A stretch of 62,207 nt of DNA, filler included, from Globobulimina sp. (lineage: Eukaryota): the NCBI GenBank assembly GCA_003354225.1. It is 29 parts of 29 records of this genome, joined end to end, with 100 filler letters (N's around TTAATTAATTAA, not from the genome) between each part and the next. Parts side by side here need not be neighbours in the genome. Positions count along the whole stretch, not along the records: positions 25,792 to 27,840 come from PIVH01009436.1; positions 27,941 to 29,989 come from PIVH01009437.1; positions 30,090 to 32,138 come from PIVH01009438.1; positions 32,239 to 34,287 come from PIVH01009439.1; positions 34,388 to 36,436 come from PIVH01009440.1; positions 36,537 to 38,584 come from PIVH01009441.1; positions 38,685 to 40,732 come from PIVH01009442.1; 22 more parts are not named here. One strand, given 5' to 3'. The translations under genes were made by a program, and so were the position numbers. Positions within the stretch are counted from its first letter, which is position 1. The number at the start of each line of letters is the position of its first letter. This document shows positions 25,792 to 38,885 of this stretch, in pieces. The notes beneath the pieces were generated by a model. That model ran no database searches, had not been told where the DNA came from, and saw only the letters and a program-made list of their open reading frames with translations.

Positions 25792-27721
25792 TATTACAAA
25801 GTAATTGTAAAAAAGCAGTGTCACAAATATTGTGCGGGTCAATATATTCTTTGTTTTTATTATATATATCATCGATTTCTATCTCAATGCTGAATAAACA
25901 GATAAATTTATCCATAATATTTGCAAAAATATCATCTGTAATACCAATACAATCCATGTTATTATTATCATTATCATGCCTAAGATTTAATTTTAATGGA
26001 GAACATTTCCTAACATTCATTTGTACATTAAAACCATAAAACAAATATTCAAATTCGAATGGTCTCTCAGATACAAAACTTATATCCATCATATATGTTG
26101 ATATATTTTCATTATATCCGGACAATTTCATTATAATTCCATCATTCACATTTGCATTATTACTGTCGCCATCACTTGAATATGAATAGGCAGTGCATAT
26201 TGATTTGAATGGAGTGCATGACACTGGAAACTTAAAATTAATAATATTTTCTTGCTTGTTAGTATTACCAAATATATTTGTGGTTAACGCATGATACAAA
26301 TGCATGTTTCCACCCATTAAGCAACCAAATGACTGTATTGTTGATAACAATATTTTACTCAAATTATAATATTCCCGATGTCTTTTCGTAATAAAAAACG
26401 GTCGTTCATTTGCATAATTTGCGCGAAATGATTTTGAAAAATGATATCGAACATTATCATAATTACTCATTATACACAATACAATCAACGAATCAATGCT
26501 TAAATACTGTCCTTTGGCAATGCAATAGGAACCAAAGACAGGTTTATCCCCAGTGGACAACACATATTTACATGGGCTGCCACGAAGAGATAAAATAGTT
26601 TTATAATATTTGCATTTTGTGAATAACTTACATTGTTTATAAGTATCGTTAAATTCATGGATCTCCAGTCTATACAGCTCATTATGCAATAATTCATCTT
26701 TTAAGTTATTATAAACTGAATAAAAATATTGCGTACCATCAATAGGCCACAAATCGGATCCAATCACATTTTGCTTACAATCATATGGTCTTATTTCAGT
26801 GATAAATTTTGAGTGAGAAATATCATATTTTTTAATGTCATTTGTATCCATATTTATTAAATACGAATGAAATATGTAACAATGAATACAATCTAAATAT
26901 ATCATTAATATCAATCTTGTATCTTGCTTGTTTTTCGTATAATTAATATCTTCCAAATTATATACTTGCAACTTATTATATACATTCTCATTGCACTGCG
27001 ATTTATTTCTATTATTTCGGCTCTGTGCCATGCAAAATGCCCACGTATTATTACCTTGTTCATTATGTCGCGTACATACAATATTTGTATTGCTGAATTG
27101 TTGATAAATATTATGTAAAATATCTGCATCAAACACATAATTAAAATGAAATTGTTTTAAATGCAGAAAATCATTAATGAGTTCAATAAATGAATAATTT
27201 ATTCCATTGCATATAAAATCGATTATATTCACATGATTGCTGTTACTATTTGTTGATAAATCGCTTTCCTCTCCGTCACAATCATAGTTATATTGGTCAT
27301 ACCATGTGAGAACAAATCGTAATCTGTCAACAGACAGACACACATTATTTGGATTTTTTATACATTGAATGTGATTATCACTCTCCATCTTTTTTTGCAA
27401 TCCATGTGATTGCCATTGGGCTGCAATTTCTGATGTTGGTATGCTATGATTACGTGATGGCTGCGTAGAAATATGACTCTCTGTTGGCGAGAATCCAAAT
27501 TGAAAATTAAAATTTCGGCCTGAACCAACTAGCTCTCTAACTTGTTCCTCGTTGTCTGGTGCATATTCATCAATCGTTTTCGGCGCCGACATGTTTAATT
27601 TTATTATTGGTATTTTCTTTGCAATTGTTTTTGTTTCAGTTTGTGTTAATAACACTGTTTTTATTGTTGGTGATGGTGGTTCTGACCCATTGTGTTTGCA
27701 ACAACAACAGGCCGATCCCAT
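25792..27721 (-). CDS. Putatively acylated protein with a degenerate ADP-ribosyltransferase-like domain, 3' truncated
   Basis: MGSACCCC N-terminus; LYHAL..FPVSCT..GIIMKL..DISFVSERPFEFEYLF. Confidence 0.55.
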
Positions 27722-28110
27722 TGTGATACTGGTTTACTCGCTAGACTTAGAAAAAAAAACAGTTGAACCTCAAGCATAATTAATTCATGAAACTAAAAAA
27801 CTAGAAAATGCATGCGTCATTTTATCATGATAATTGTTCANNNNNNNNNNNNNNNNNNNNNNNNNNNNNNNNNNNNNNNNNNNNTTAATTAATTAANNNN
27901 NNNNNNNNNNNNNNNNNNNNNNNNNNNNNNNNNNNNNNNNTAACACCTATAACTTTTCAAGTTAAATACATGGCTCTTCCGCTTTAGTCTGGCAACTTTA
28001 AATCGGTTTCCCATTAATGAATTTAACCCAATTGAGTATTAAATTCATATGAAACCGATTCAAAGCAATCTAAATATCGGCTCTCCCAAAAGAGCATAAG
28101 TCATCGCAAC

Positions 28111-29590
28111 ATGGCCAGCGATCTTAAAGATTATGTCTACGAATGCTGTAATCGCGACGTCGACGTCACCGGGACATCAATATTATGCGAGGTGGGGAAT
28201 TTGGAAGAAAATGGGTGTAATACATGGATCCATGATCGCTGTTTGGGTGCGGACGACAGAGCGAGGTATTTAGCAGAAGGCGCGAAACAATTTCAATGGT
28301 TTTGCGAGCAACATGGGATTGGGATGAATTTAGACGCGGATTCGGCTCATTTGGATCGAAACGAAGATGATTTTGCAGACTGCGACGAGGAGGATGATGA
28401 TATTTTGCCTGGTTTGTTTTTTTCATTTTATCTTATTTTGTAATGTGTTTTATATGATATTTAACACAGAAACCCGGCGAACACGACGCCAAACGACGAG
28501 AAATACACGAAAACGTGTATTTAGTCATAGTGTGCCTCCACGCCGCGAAGAAGAAGATGCCTCACCGCCACCCAAACGATTTAAAGAAAGGGAGAAAGGG
28601 AGCAGCACAGATATTGAATTTCTATCAGAAATAAAGAAATATGAGACATTAATGAACAAATATCAGCGATTTAAAAAGCAAAAAGATGCAAAATTTGAGA
28701 TGTCGATATCGGAGGAGGCCGAGGAGCCATATGACTCCACGTACAATATGACGCAAACCGCGCCATCGCCGCCACCACAAAAAGCCGTTGAACCGTATCA
28801 AACGCGGTCGCTTTCGAAGAAAAAGGCATTGGGGGCATCGCAAGCCGCAAACCAAGCGGTCGTACGCTATAAAAAGAAGAAAATAGAATTTTTCATTTCG
28901 AGCGAGGAATATGAGTCCCCGCCACGCAAAAAGTCCGATGATGCCCCACCACGCCAACCGCCATCAAAACAATGTCTATCCGCCGATCATATGAATTTCA
29001 GTGATGATGATGACGTATTAAATGATCCCACCGTGCCATGGCCGGCCACCCTACGATCAAAACGCCGTCGTAAGCATAAAAAATTCGATGGCTATACAAA
29101 TTTAAGTAATTTTATGCATGACACAACGGATAATAACAATAACAGCAATAATGGGCCTTTATTTCATGGCGACCGGCATGACGGAAGAATGCGGGAAATG
29201 GAGCTCGACCCAACCTGCGGTATCAAAGAGGATTTTGCGGTCTTTGGGTATCGGCAAACGGCCACCAAAAGTCAGCTCGCTATGATCCCGGCGTCCGAAG
29301 AAATTAAAATGGACCAAAATGCAGCGGGATTTAACATATTATTGGCGTACACAAAAAAATATCCCTCCGATAGATTTTTGACGCGCATTATTTATTCGAG
29401 GGAGAAAATGACGAAGCCCGCGAGAGGCGTCGTTACCGCATATTTATTATCAAAGCAGATCAAATTATCAGTTCTCAAAAAGCAGACATTTAAAGGATGG
29501 AAAAGCATCGCCGACGTCGAGAAAATATGCAATTTGGCAGTCATCGCCAAACAAGGTTTGAAACTGAAAATGGATATTGATACACTATAA
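28111..29590 (+). CDS. PHD-finger protein; intron about 28412-28469
   Basis: ECCN..ILCEV..GCNTWIHDRCL..WFCEQH. The splice G|GTTTGT..CACAG|AA joins the 110-aa and 407-aa ORFs. Confidence 0.65.
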
Positions 29591-29775
29591 AATCAGTTTC
29601 AAACTAAATATTTGCGCCTTACGCAAAGGCGCGCGCTCCGCGCGCAACGCGGCGGAGCCGCGTTCCTTTGGGTCAGTTTAAAAGATTTTGTTTAAACTGA
29701 TTTTATGGTTTCAGTTTCAAACTATGTCTTTCTCCCAGTTTGAAATTCTAATCTTTCCTCAGTTTCAAACTGATT
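29587..29775. repeat. Y-shaped GC hairpin inside an inverted repeat, with about 6 copies of CAGTTT(C)AAACT
   Basis: CAAAGG-C-GCGCGC(TCC)GCGCGC-AACGCGGC(GGA)GCCGCGTT-CCTTTG at 29624-29670, flanked by ATAAAATCAGTTTCAAAC / GTTTAAACTGATTTTAT. Confidence 0.85.
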
Positions 29776-30089
29776 TATTTTTCATACAAATATATGAATC
29801 CATCCCAAATGCATCCATTTCGCATCGCGTTGGCCATCTGGCGATCCTATATACATCATCATGAACATATAGGTTATGTATGTAATTATTTGCTTTTTTT
29901 TGTTGTTTTCAATTTTTATTTTTATTTTTATGGATTTATTATGGATTTACGGCTTTTCTCTCTTTTTTCTTTTTATGATGTTATTTATGNNNNNNNNNNN
30001 NNNNNNNNNNNNNNNNNNNNNNNNNNNNNNNNNTTAATTAATTAANNNNNNNNNNNNNNNNNNNNNNNNNNNNNNNNNNNNNNNNNNNN

Positions 30090-31857
30090 ACAAAGTGGAG
30101 AGGTACACTTTATGGGCGCCATAGCAGACCACGACGGTATATTTTATGGTATCAAATTACATAAACCAAACGGCGAAAACAATGGGACGGTGAATGGTAT
30201 TAAATACTTTGAATTTGACCAAAACTGTGGTATATTCGTGCAAGAAGCTAAAATCAAACAAAGTGCAGCAACAAATTCCAATTCTGAGTTGCCAAGAATC
30301 AGCATCGAAGACAGAGTCTTTGTGAAATCAAAATATCAGCATGGCACTTTATTATTTGTTGGCAGTGTCGACTTTGAACAAGAATGTGTATACGGTGTGG
30401 AATTGGAAGAGCCTTTGGGTGACAACGACGGCTCAGTCGGCGGCAGGCAATATTTCCATGGCATGGCGCATTACGGCGTGTTCTGCAAAGCTGCGGATAT
30501 TGCGATGGAGCAAAATGAGCCAAATGTGCTATTTCTGGAAAATGACATAAGTGTTATGAACCTACACAAAAAAAATGACAACGCCAACAACGGCACACCG
30601 GTTCCTCACAACGTCAACAATGGCAATGTGACTCACAGCACAAACTCAACATATTCAGACACAAACAGCCCATTACGGCATGTTGCCTTTAATGAGGATG
30701 GCAAAGAAGATAAATCCTCGTATGACAAAATGGAGAACTTTGCCGATGTCGACAGTGAGTATCCGCAGATTGGCAAAACCATTGTCATTGACGGGGGGAC
30801 CTACAGTACGCGGATCGGTATTTGTGGCGAAAAGGAGCCAACTTTGGTCATGGACACTGTCGACGATTGGACAGTGATCAAATCGCAGAAGCAACAGCCA
30901 CTGATTTATGGCACTATTAACAAATGGAAGTACATTGAACAATTATGGCTGTCCTGCATTGAGGAGAAATTGCAGTTTGATTCGACTGAACATCCGCTAA
31001 TATTGACAGAAACGCACGATATTTCCAAAGGTGATCGCGAGAAATTGACGCAAATGCTTTTTGAGCAGATACAGTGTCCCGCTTTTTATGTGTCGCCGTC
31101 TTCATTGTTCTCATTGTATTCGACAGGTAATATATGTGTATATATGCTGTAATTTTATGAAGTGAATGCACCAAAAACGTTAACAGGAAGGACCTCTGGC
31201 TGTGTGTTGGATTTTGCTTATGACTGTACTCGGATTGTGCCGATTTATGAGGGCTATGTACTGCAGCTCAATGCAGCTACGATCCAAATTGGTGGACAGC
31301 ACATATCATCGCAGTTGGCGTTGAATTTGGAGAAAAATAGCAAAGTTTCGCAGATCAAATCATTTGATATGAATGTATTGGAGGATATAAAAAGGAAACA
31401 TTGTGTTTGCGTGGCTTTAGATGATGGCGGAAAAGTGAATAATATCAAGTATAAATTGCCGGATGGTCAGGAAATAACTATTACGTCAAAGGAAGCGATA
31501 CAACCAACGGAGATTTTGTTCAGAAAAACGGATTTGATAAATACTGTATATTCTAATATTATGAAATGTGATAAACAATCTTATTCGGATATGTTTAACA
31601 ATGTGATTGTTTGTGGTGGGACATCGCTATTAAAAGGGATTAATAATAAAATAAAAATTGAATTGAATGAAGTGATAAAAGAAAATAAAGAGACAGCCAC
31701 ACAAATATTGCATGTTGCCAATCCAACACATCCACAATTGTCTGCGTGGGTTGGTGCTTCCATATTTTCTTCATTGGGTTCATTTGATAGGGCGTTGGTT
31801 ACAATACAAGAATATCAAGAATGTGGCGCACGAATTGTAAATCATAAATGTTTTTAA
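30090..31857 (+). CDS. Two CAP-Gly domains fused to an actin-related (Arp) domain; intron 31127-31186; 5' partial
   Basis: YGIKL..GENNGTVNGIKYF and YGVELEEPLGDNDGSVGGRQYF; then IVIDGGTYSTRIG, EHPLILTE, DREKLTQMLFE, VPIYEGY, YKLPDGQEITI, SAWVGASI, EYQECGARIVNHKCF. Confidence 0.92.
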
Positions 31858-31934
31858 TTGTTTTTTAGCATTATATCACCTTTTCTTGCTGTTGTTAATC
31901 TGATTACTGTGTTGAGTGTTTCTTTTGCCTAACA

Positions 31935-32138
31935 ATGAATGGAGATGATTCAAACCTGACTATGGGCAGCAGATTTTATCATAACTTATTCGATGTATTA
32001 GATGCAAATGATACAAACACACTTGACGCAAAACAAGCATTTGGTTTATTTAAAACCAGTGATTTAGATGATGCCATGTTGCAAAGTATTTGGAAACATA
32101 ACTGACAAGAACGCTGATGTTTTCAAAACTCAAACCCT
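31935..32138 (+). pseudogene. EH/EF-hand domain fragment with a +1 frameshift near 32094
   Basis: FYHNLFDVLD..LDAKQAFGLFKTSDLDDAMLQSIW continues as NITDKNAD only after a frameshift. Confidence 0.55.
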
Positions 32139-32238
32139 NNNNNNNNNNNNNNNNNNNNNNNNNNNNNNNNNNNNNNNNNNNNTTAATTAATTAANNNNNN
32201 NNNNNNNNNNNNNNNNNNNNNNNNNNNNNNNNNNNNNN

Positions 32239-34287
32239 GCAGTAGCACACCCTATATGGAAAGAATGCCTTGTGAATTTGTGACTGTGATATAGGTAATG
32301 TGCTTAGGGTTGGGTGGGTGGGACATAGGAATAAAACTAAGGGGATTATAAGAGAGCCAACAGGACGGTGAGAGGTCTAACGGTTGTGAATGATATGCCG
32401 TCCTTGACCCAAGGACGGCCAGACTTAAACCCCGCCCCTGGCGGCTGATGATTGGCTGCGCTCAGCCCATATCGGCCGCATTCTATGTTCGCTACGCTAC
32501 CATAGAAAACCGATATGTGTTCGCTTGCAATCTGAATTTCAAAGTTAGAGGGCACATAATACGATAGATTGTTGTTGGGAGGCTGGCCAGATGTGGTCAG
32601 ATGAGTTACAATTGTCCACCTCAGACACAACATTGATCATAGGGTCAGACATGGTATTATGTTTCAGAGAACTGTCACTCATCTGGGGATTAAATCTGGC
32701 TTTGGGTATCAAGTTTTTGGGGAATAAAAGGGAGGGTGCCGGCTTGGGTCTGCTCAACAGATAGGTGATGTAAGAAGGACGCTCCACCAGATGTACTGGC
32801 ATCAGAGAAAACAAATGGTGGTAGGTATACTGTAGGTTGCGAAAAGGTTTAAAACGATCAAGGTTTTTGAGCCAACACAATAAGGTATGTGTCACATTTC
32901 AGAAGGTATAGGAAACTTTTTGTCATAAGATAAGCCAAGGTCAAGTTTTTGTTGCGACAGTACATAAAAATGTTTGGACAATAAAAGGGACACTTTACCA
33001 TAAACTACGATAGAAAGGCAGTTAATAAAACCCGCCCAACGTACAAGTTGGCGACATGTAGTTTTTTGAGGAGTTCCGCTCAGCTTTAAGAGCAGAACGA
33101 AGTCGGGTAACCTTTTCAGGTGGGATACGGATGCAAAATTTGTGAAGGTCGACTAAAAAACCGCACCATGTTTGATTTTGACTGGGGTAGATCTCAAGTC
33201 ACCACAGACTTTGTCAGAATCGGTTGCGCACTGCGCGCGGGTAGGACTGATAACTATACCATCATCCAGGTATAAAAATGTGATATACAGGCACTGCGCC
33301 AACTGGACAATAAGGGCTTAGGGGTTTTGGTAAAACAACCAGGGAGTAAGAGAAAAGGCCAAAAAGGGGCAGACTGTAAGTAAATTGAGCATAAGACCTG
33401 CCCTTCAAAAGTAAATGAAAAAGGGCCAGAAACTGATAAAAATCCATTTTGAATTTTTTGAGTGTGAACTGTGAATAAAGCGGTTTAAGCTTTGTGGTAA
33501 GGTCGGGGATAAGGCGTTTTTGCCATTGTGTTGGACAGCCACGTGTAAAGGATTGACATAAGTAAGGGGAGTAGCTACAATTTTAGCTCAAGCATTTTTC
33601 GTAAAAGGTCAGTAATAGAATCGAACACAAAGTTGGAATGTTTTTGAGTAGAAAGATTATTACTGTGCAAACAACCCGAGGGAGTGGATTTAAGGGAATT
33701 TTATAACCCTAAGCCATAACAGAAAGACATGAGCATATAAACTGCGTCACACAGGCAGGCACCTAGCCGGTGACCCCTTTTTAGAATATATAGGAAATTT
33801 GTCCCATAGTGGGCACTACACTTTACGGGAGTATCAGAGTTAAATAAGGCACTATTATGAGTAGCTTTCAAAGCCAAAACCTGACTTATACCACAGCACA
33901 TGAAGCTGACTTACTTGAGATAACCTCATTAGGTAGTTTTGAAGTGGTAGCTGTTGTTGCGACTGCTTCCTTTGTACAATGGACAGTCGCCTTTCTTGTG
34001 ACCTTTTTGAGAACACACCCAACATCGAGTTTCGTTGTTGAAGGTTGATCCGTCAAGAGACGGGATGGTTGATGAGGAAGGTCCATATGGATTGTAGCGC
34101 TTGCTGGACGATGTTTGTTTGCCCCTTTGTCGTTCTTCGAGTCGTTTTCGTGCTTGACGCAATTTTTTGTCATCTTCTGGGTCATCAGCCAATGGATCGG
34201 CGCGGTATTCTTCAACCAGTGCCCAGCCAAACGGATTGTTTTTGTCATCGGCGACCAGAATGTTTTTGAGTTCTTCAGCGGTTGTCG
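32239..34287 (-). mobile_element. Degenerate DIRS-group (tyrosine-recombinase class) retrotransposon: gag plus frameshifted RT-RNaseH
   Basis: gag GWALVEEYRADPLADDPEDDKKLRQA and CWVCSQKGHKKGDC knuckle. RT fragments across frames: GYKIP, NNLS..FV, YVNPLHV..KRLIPDL, FTKT.KPL..WR, YLDDG (33272-33258), WCGFLVD..IPPEK. RNaseH FSDASTSGG at about 32800. Confidence 0.85.
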
Positions 34288-34630
34288 NNNNNNNNNNNNN
34301 NNNNNNNNNNNNNNNNNNNNNNNNNNNNNNNTTAATTAATTAANNNNNNNNNNNNNNNNNNNNNNNNNNNNNNNNNNNNNNNNNNNNACAAACCAAACTA
34401 CATGATCTGAGATGAAAATTTATTTCATACTCAAATAATGCATACATACAACGTACAGAATAATAATAAATGTATAAAATTAATATCCATTAAATGGTGG
34501 TGGTGGGGGTGGTACATTCTTATCATTGTTTCTTTGGTAAACATTTGACACAGGTACGACATTCGGCAATGGTTTCATTCGTCCAGTCGATCGATCTTTT
34601 AATTTTTTTTTCGAAAATTTTCAGATGTTG

Positions 34631-34820
34631 ATGGATTATTCACATTTTCATGAATTATTATCATTTCATGGATTATTCTCATTTTACTGGATTATTGTCA
34701 TTTTCATGGATTATTCTCATTTTCATGGATTATTTGTCATTTTCATGGATTATTGCCCTTTGCATGGATTATTCTCATTTTTCATGGATTATTGTCATTT
34801 TCATGGAATATTCTCATTTT
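34631..34820. repeat. Minisatellite, about 10 copies of a 18-20-bp unit ATGGATTATTCTCATTTTC
   Basis: Read directly from the sequence. Confidence 0.9.
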
Positions 34821-36536
34821 GACCAAAAAGAAAAAATTTCCTCTTGGGTTTTTGGGGCCTGTCCCCTCCTAGGTCAGATATTATGAATGAGAGTGCATTG
34901 AAAGTCTCCAATTTAAAAGAAACCATAAACAAATTCTGTAAAAAAATAGAGACAAAAAGAACGAGAAACAAAAGCAAAAAGAGATTGAGATCGATAAAGA
35001 GTGGCAAAGAGAAAAAGAAAAAGAGATTCAACGCGAAAAACAAAAGCAAAAACAAAAAGTTGAGCGCGAAAAAGAGAAACAGAGAAAAAAAGGAAACAAT
35101 TCAAACGTGGAAAATGTATCAAAAATAAGTGAGATACTTTCCCTGTAGATTGGTTCAGAGGGTTCAGTTTTGAGATTTTCAGATTTTTAAAAGTACTCTC
35201 AACAGTAACCGTCTAAAATAAAATCCACCCTTATGCATACTCATACAAACCCATACAAACGCCAAATTATACGCGTTTAAAATAAAAAAAATCCAAACCA
35301 TTATACAAAATCTCAAAACCAATCCTTCCAAACCAATCTACAGGGAAAGTATTGGATGAAAAAGCAAACAATTTAAACCACATTGAATCGGTAAATAAAA
35401 AAAATCTGCCAGAAATTAAAAAAATAAAAATTGAGTATGAGAGTAAAATAAGCAAATGTCATTTAAAAATGGATCAATTAAAAGAAGGAATGAGCAAAGG
35501 AATGAGAAAAGGAATTGAGAAAGGAATTGAGTGGCAATCCACAGCCACAATCACAACACAAAAATGTTTTTTTAATGGGATATTTAATGGGAATTTTTGT
35601 GGAATTTTATAGGTGAATTTATTATGAATATGGTGGCTTTTATGGAGGATTTTATGTGGATCGATTTTAGGTGCATTTTATGGTGGATTTTAGGTGGATT
35701 TATTTTAATTAATTATTTTAAATTTGTTCGTCTTGAAATGTTGAGGAACAAGTGTATACCTGCTCCTCTATGCGGTTCTGCAGTTCGAAAACCGCTCCGC
35801 AAAACCACTTGTAATCTGAGTGACTTCCCCACAATGCTGGTTCCACAAAACAGAGCCAAAATTCCACAATGCAGATCCGCAAAAAACACGCCAAGGTTGT
35901 GTTTCATCGGGAACCATTAACATTTCATTATTAACCTATTTTCCTTCCAAAAAATGTCCATTTACAAAAATATATATATATATCGATTCCATTTGTATAT
36001 CAGATCGCGACGGTTCCAGTAAAGCTTCATTATGATTCTAAAAAACATAAACTTTCAAAAAAACAAATTATCGGAAGATAGATTTATGTGGCAATCGTCA
36101 ATTCACGTTTTCATTGTGATTATAAATTGATATTTTGTCAAATTTATTTGAGTTTAAAATCTTAAACATGAATTCTGATATATCATGATCTTTTTTTTTC
36201 CTTTTATTTTTTATTTTTCATATACTATGATACTAGTGTTTAATTAATTTGTTTGTGTGTAATAACTGTGTGTATTCCTAATTTACAATTACAATATCTC
36301 TCGTCATTGAGTTAGTTATAGCGTCAGAAGAAAAACTAAGTCCGTCTGCATTAACCCAACCAAGTCTGAATCTGCACGATGCATTACGAGAGAATTTAAG
36401 TGAAATAATGGGGAATGAAGATTATGGAGATGTTATNNNNNNNNNNNNNNNNNNNNNNNNNNNNNNNNNNNNNNNNNNNNTTAATTAATTAANNNNNNNN
36501 NNNNNNNNNNNNNNNNNNNNNNNNNNNNNNNNNNNN

Positions 36537-38584
36537 GCAAAAACAAAAACTGTGCAATTTGCAAGCGACACAAACAAAAAAGCAGCACCTATCCGTGCAT
36601 CAAATGTGAACACAACTCCTGCACAGAATACATCCATCCAATGTGCACCACCACCACTCACAAGTACAAAGCCAATCTACTAATCACCAAAAACGACATC
36701 ACCAACATCGCCAACAACAACGACATGGTACAATCTGCCATCAACACCTTAGGCCCGTATTTGTGGTATTTTCTGTGCCATAGACACAATCACAGCCACC
36801 TCAACGACATAAATGGCATCAAACGCATAGAAATCCTCAAACTGTTACAAGGCGACTGGCCGTATTGGAAAATACACCCAAACCCGATATTTAACGGCAA
36901 GCCCAAAATGGACATCATCTGCAACGACAGCTTGTTATTACAAGCCTTGCCCACTCAGAAAATGATACATCGCTATGAAAACATCATCTATTCCATGCAT
37001 AATATGCCCGCATCGTTGTGCAGCAACATCGGACCGATTGGATTGCTGCAGAAACGAATTAAGCTGAAATATGATAGGAACAGCAAATACTCCTTGAATT
37101 TAAACAAAACCTCGCAATCCTTGCACTGGGACCATCTGCAAAATGTGGTGAATTATGACATTGTGTCCAGCGAAGGCGAGGAGAGTAAGGAGGAACGCAT
37201 GGAAGTGGAGAGCAAGGATAACGACATAAATAGTATGCCGTTGTACGAGCGATTGAAGTCTGTGGATATTTGTTTGTCGCGCAACGAAGTCATCAATTTG
37301 TTATGGAACAGTAAGGAGAAGTTTTTTAACGACATTAGCTGTGAGGATTACGCACGAATATCACCGTACGATTATCGCCAGGATCCCTGTTTTAGTCTGC
37401 CTTTGATTGGGAAGCCATTCTTTGATAAATGGAACAAAACGATTAAGAATATCAGCAATATACATCATTATAATTTGGATGAGCTGAACGATGAGGCGGT
37501 GCTATTGAATCAGAGCATGAGTTTGCCGGAGCCGGTGAATTACAGAAATAATCTGCTGATTCGACATAGATTGGGCGCGGATAGCGGCGGTGAGCAGATT
37601 GTGGTGGATTTTAGTGGAGAGAATGTGGGAGGAGGTGTGTATGTTTTTGTTTTATGAGTTTGTGGAAAGTGCAGCCATTTTGCATTCAATTTTGACTGTG
37701 AAGTGGTTTTTGAGTGTGTCACTTTGCAACATGAGCATTTTTGTTTTTCTTTGTAGAACGTGGTGGCCGTGCATGGAATGGCCGATATTCGTCTTATTTG
37801 ACGAAACAAGACGAGATGGGGTGGCGATGGGTGTTGAATCGATGGAAAATGCCCAAACATTTAGCCTCGATTTCATGTGTATGTCTGCAATGTAAACAAA
37901 GTGTAGATGTGTATAATAAGAAATATATTGAAGCAGTGAATGAATACAAACAAATCGAAAAAATGATACCAAAATGGAGGGAGACTGAGCACAGCGATGA
38001 TAATGATGTGAGTAAACAGACGCAGTATATCGACGAATTAGAGAAAAAGTATCAAGACACAAAGGAAAAGCAGACGTCTACGAATCGAATGGATGTCGAC
38101 AGTGAGGCGAAAGTGGCCGTGGTTGGAGAGAATGAGCCTAAAGTTACGCCATTGCATTTGCTGTTTTTTGAGCTTTACTAAAAAAACTTTTGTGTTAAAA
38201 TGATGTGTTGTACAGATCTTGCAATTTGAAGGGAAATCGTTAAATAAAATACCAGTGATAATCAAGAGTAAATATGGTAAAGTTTTAGCACATTTCGTAG
38301 GGAAAGAAGAGGTATTTGATGGGCATAATGATGGATTATATTCAGATGCATTGGGTGTAGATTTAGGTATAAATCCGCGACCGATTTATAATAAAATGAA
38401 TGCGGTTTTAGAAGCAAAAAATTTGCCGAAAGCAAAGAGTAAAAAAAGTGCATCGCATATTTTAAATATGCCAAGCATGACTTGTGCGGATGAGACCTCT
38501 CAGAATGCGTTAAATGCATTGTATGGACATTCTGAGCCGCCATTAAAACGAAGGAAATTAAATAATAAACATAAAGAAGAAAAT
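36537..38584 (+). CDS. Multi-exon hypothetical protein, partial
   Basis: Consecutive ORFs (338, 146 and 137 aa) separated by short T-rich GT-AG segments; no family recognised. Confidence 0.55.
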
Positions 38585-38885
38585 NNNNNNNNNNNNNNNN
38601 NNNNNNNNNNNNNNNNNNNNNNNNNNNNTTAATTAATTAANNNNNNNNNNNNNNNNNNNNNNNNNNNNNNNNNNNNNNNNNNNNCGGATCGGATACGTTA
38701 CCCGGTTGGAAGCTAACCATCAAGGACGCCGACACATAGTAATTATGGCCAGAATCTTACCTTCCTGGAACTTGCAAAACGGGGGCTGAACCAAACATCA
38801 CAGGCCCAAGATTGTCTCTGTCAAGCGTTGTCTGTGGCAATTGATTTCGAAAGCTACTTAGCGGTTTACCATATTCTGCCCGGCA

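Noticed and set aside
34625-35128. Short ORFs with MDYSHF repeats and a Lys-rich ORF
   Set aside because: Translations of a minisatellite and of A-rich low-complexity DNA.
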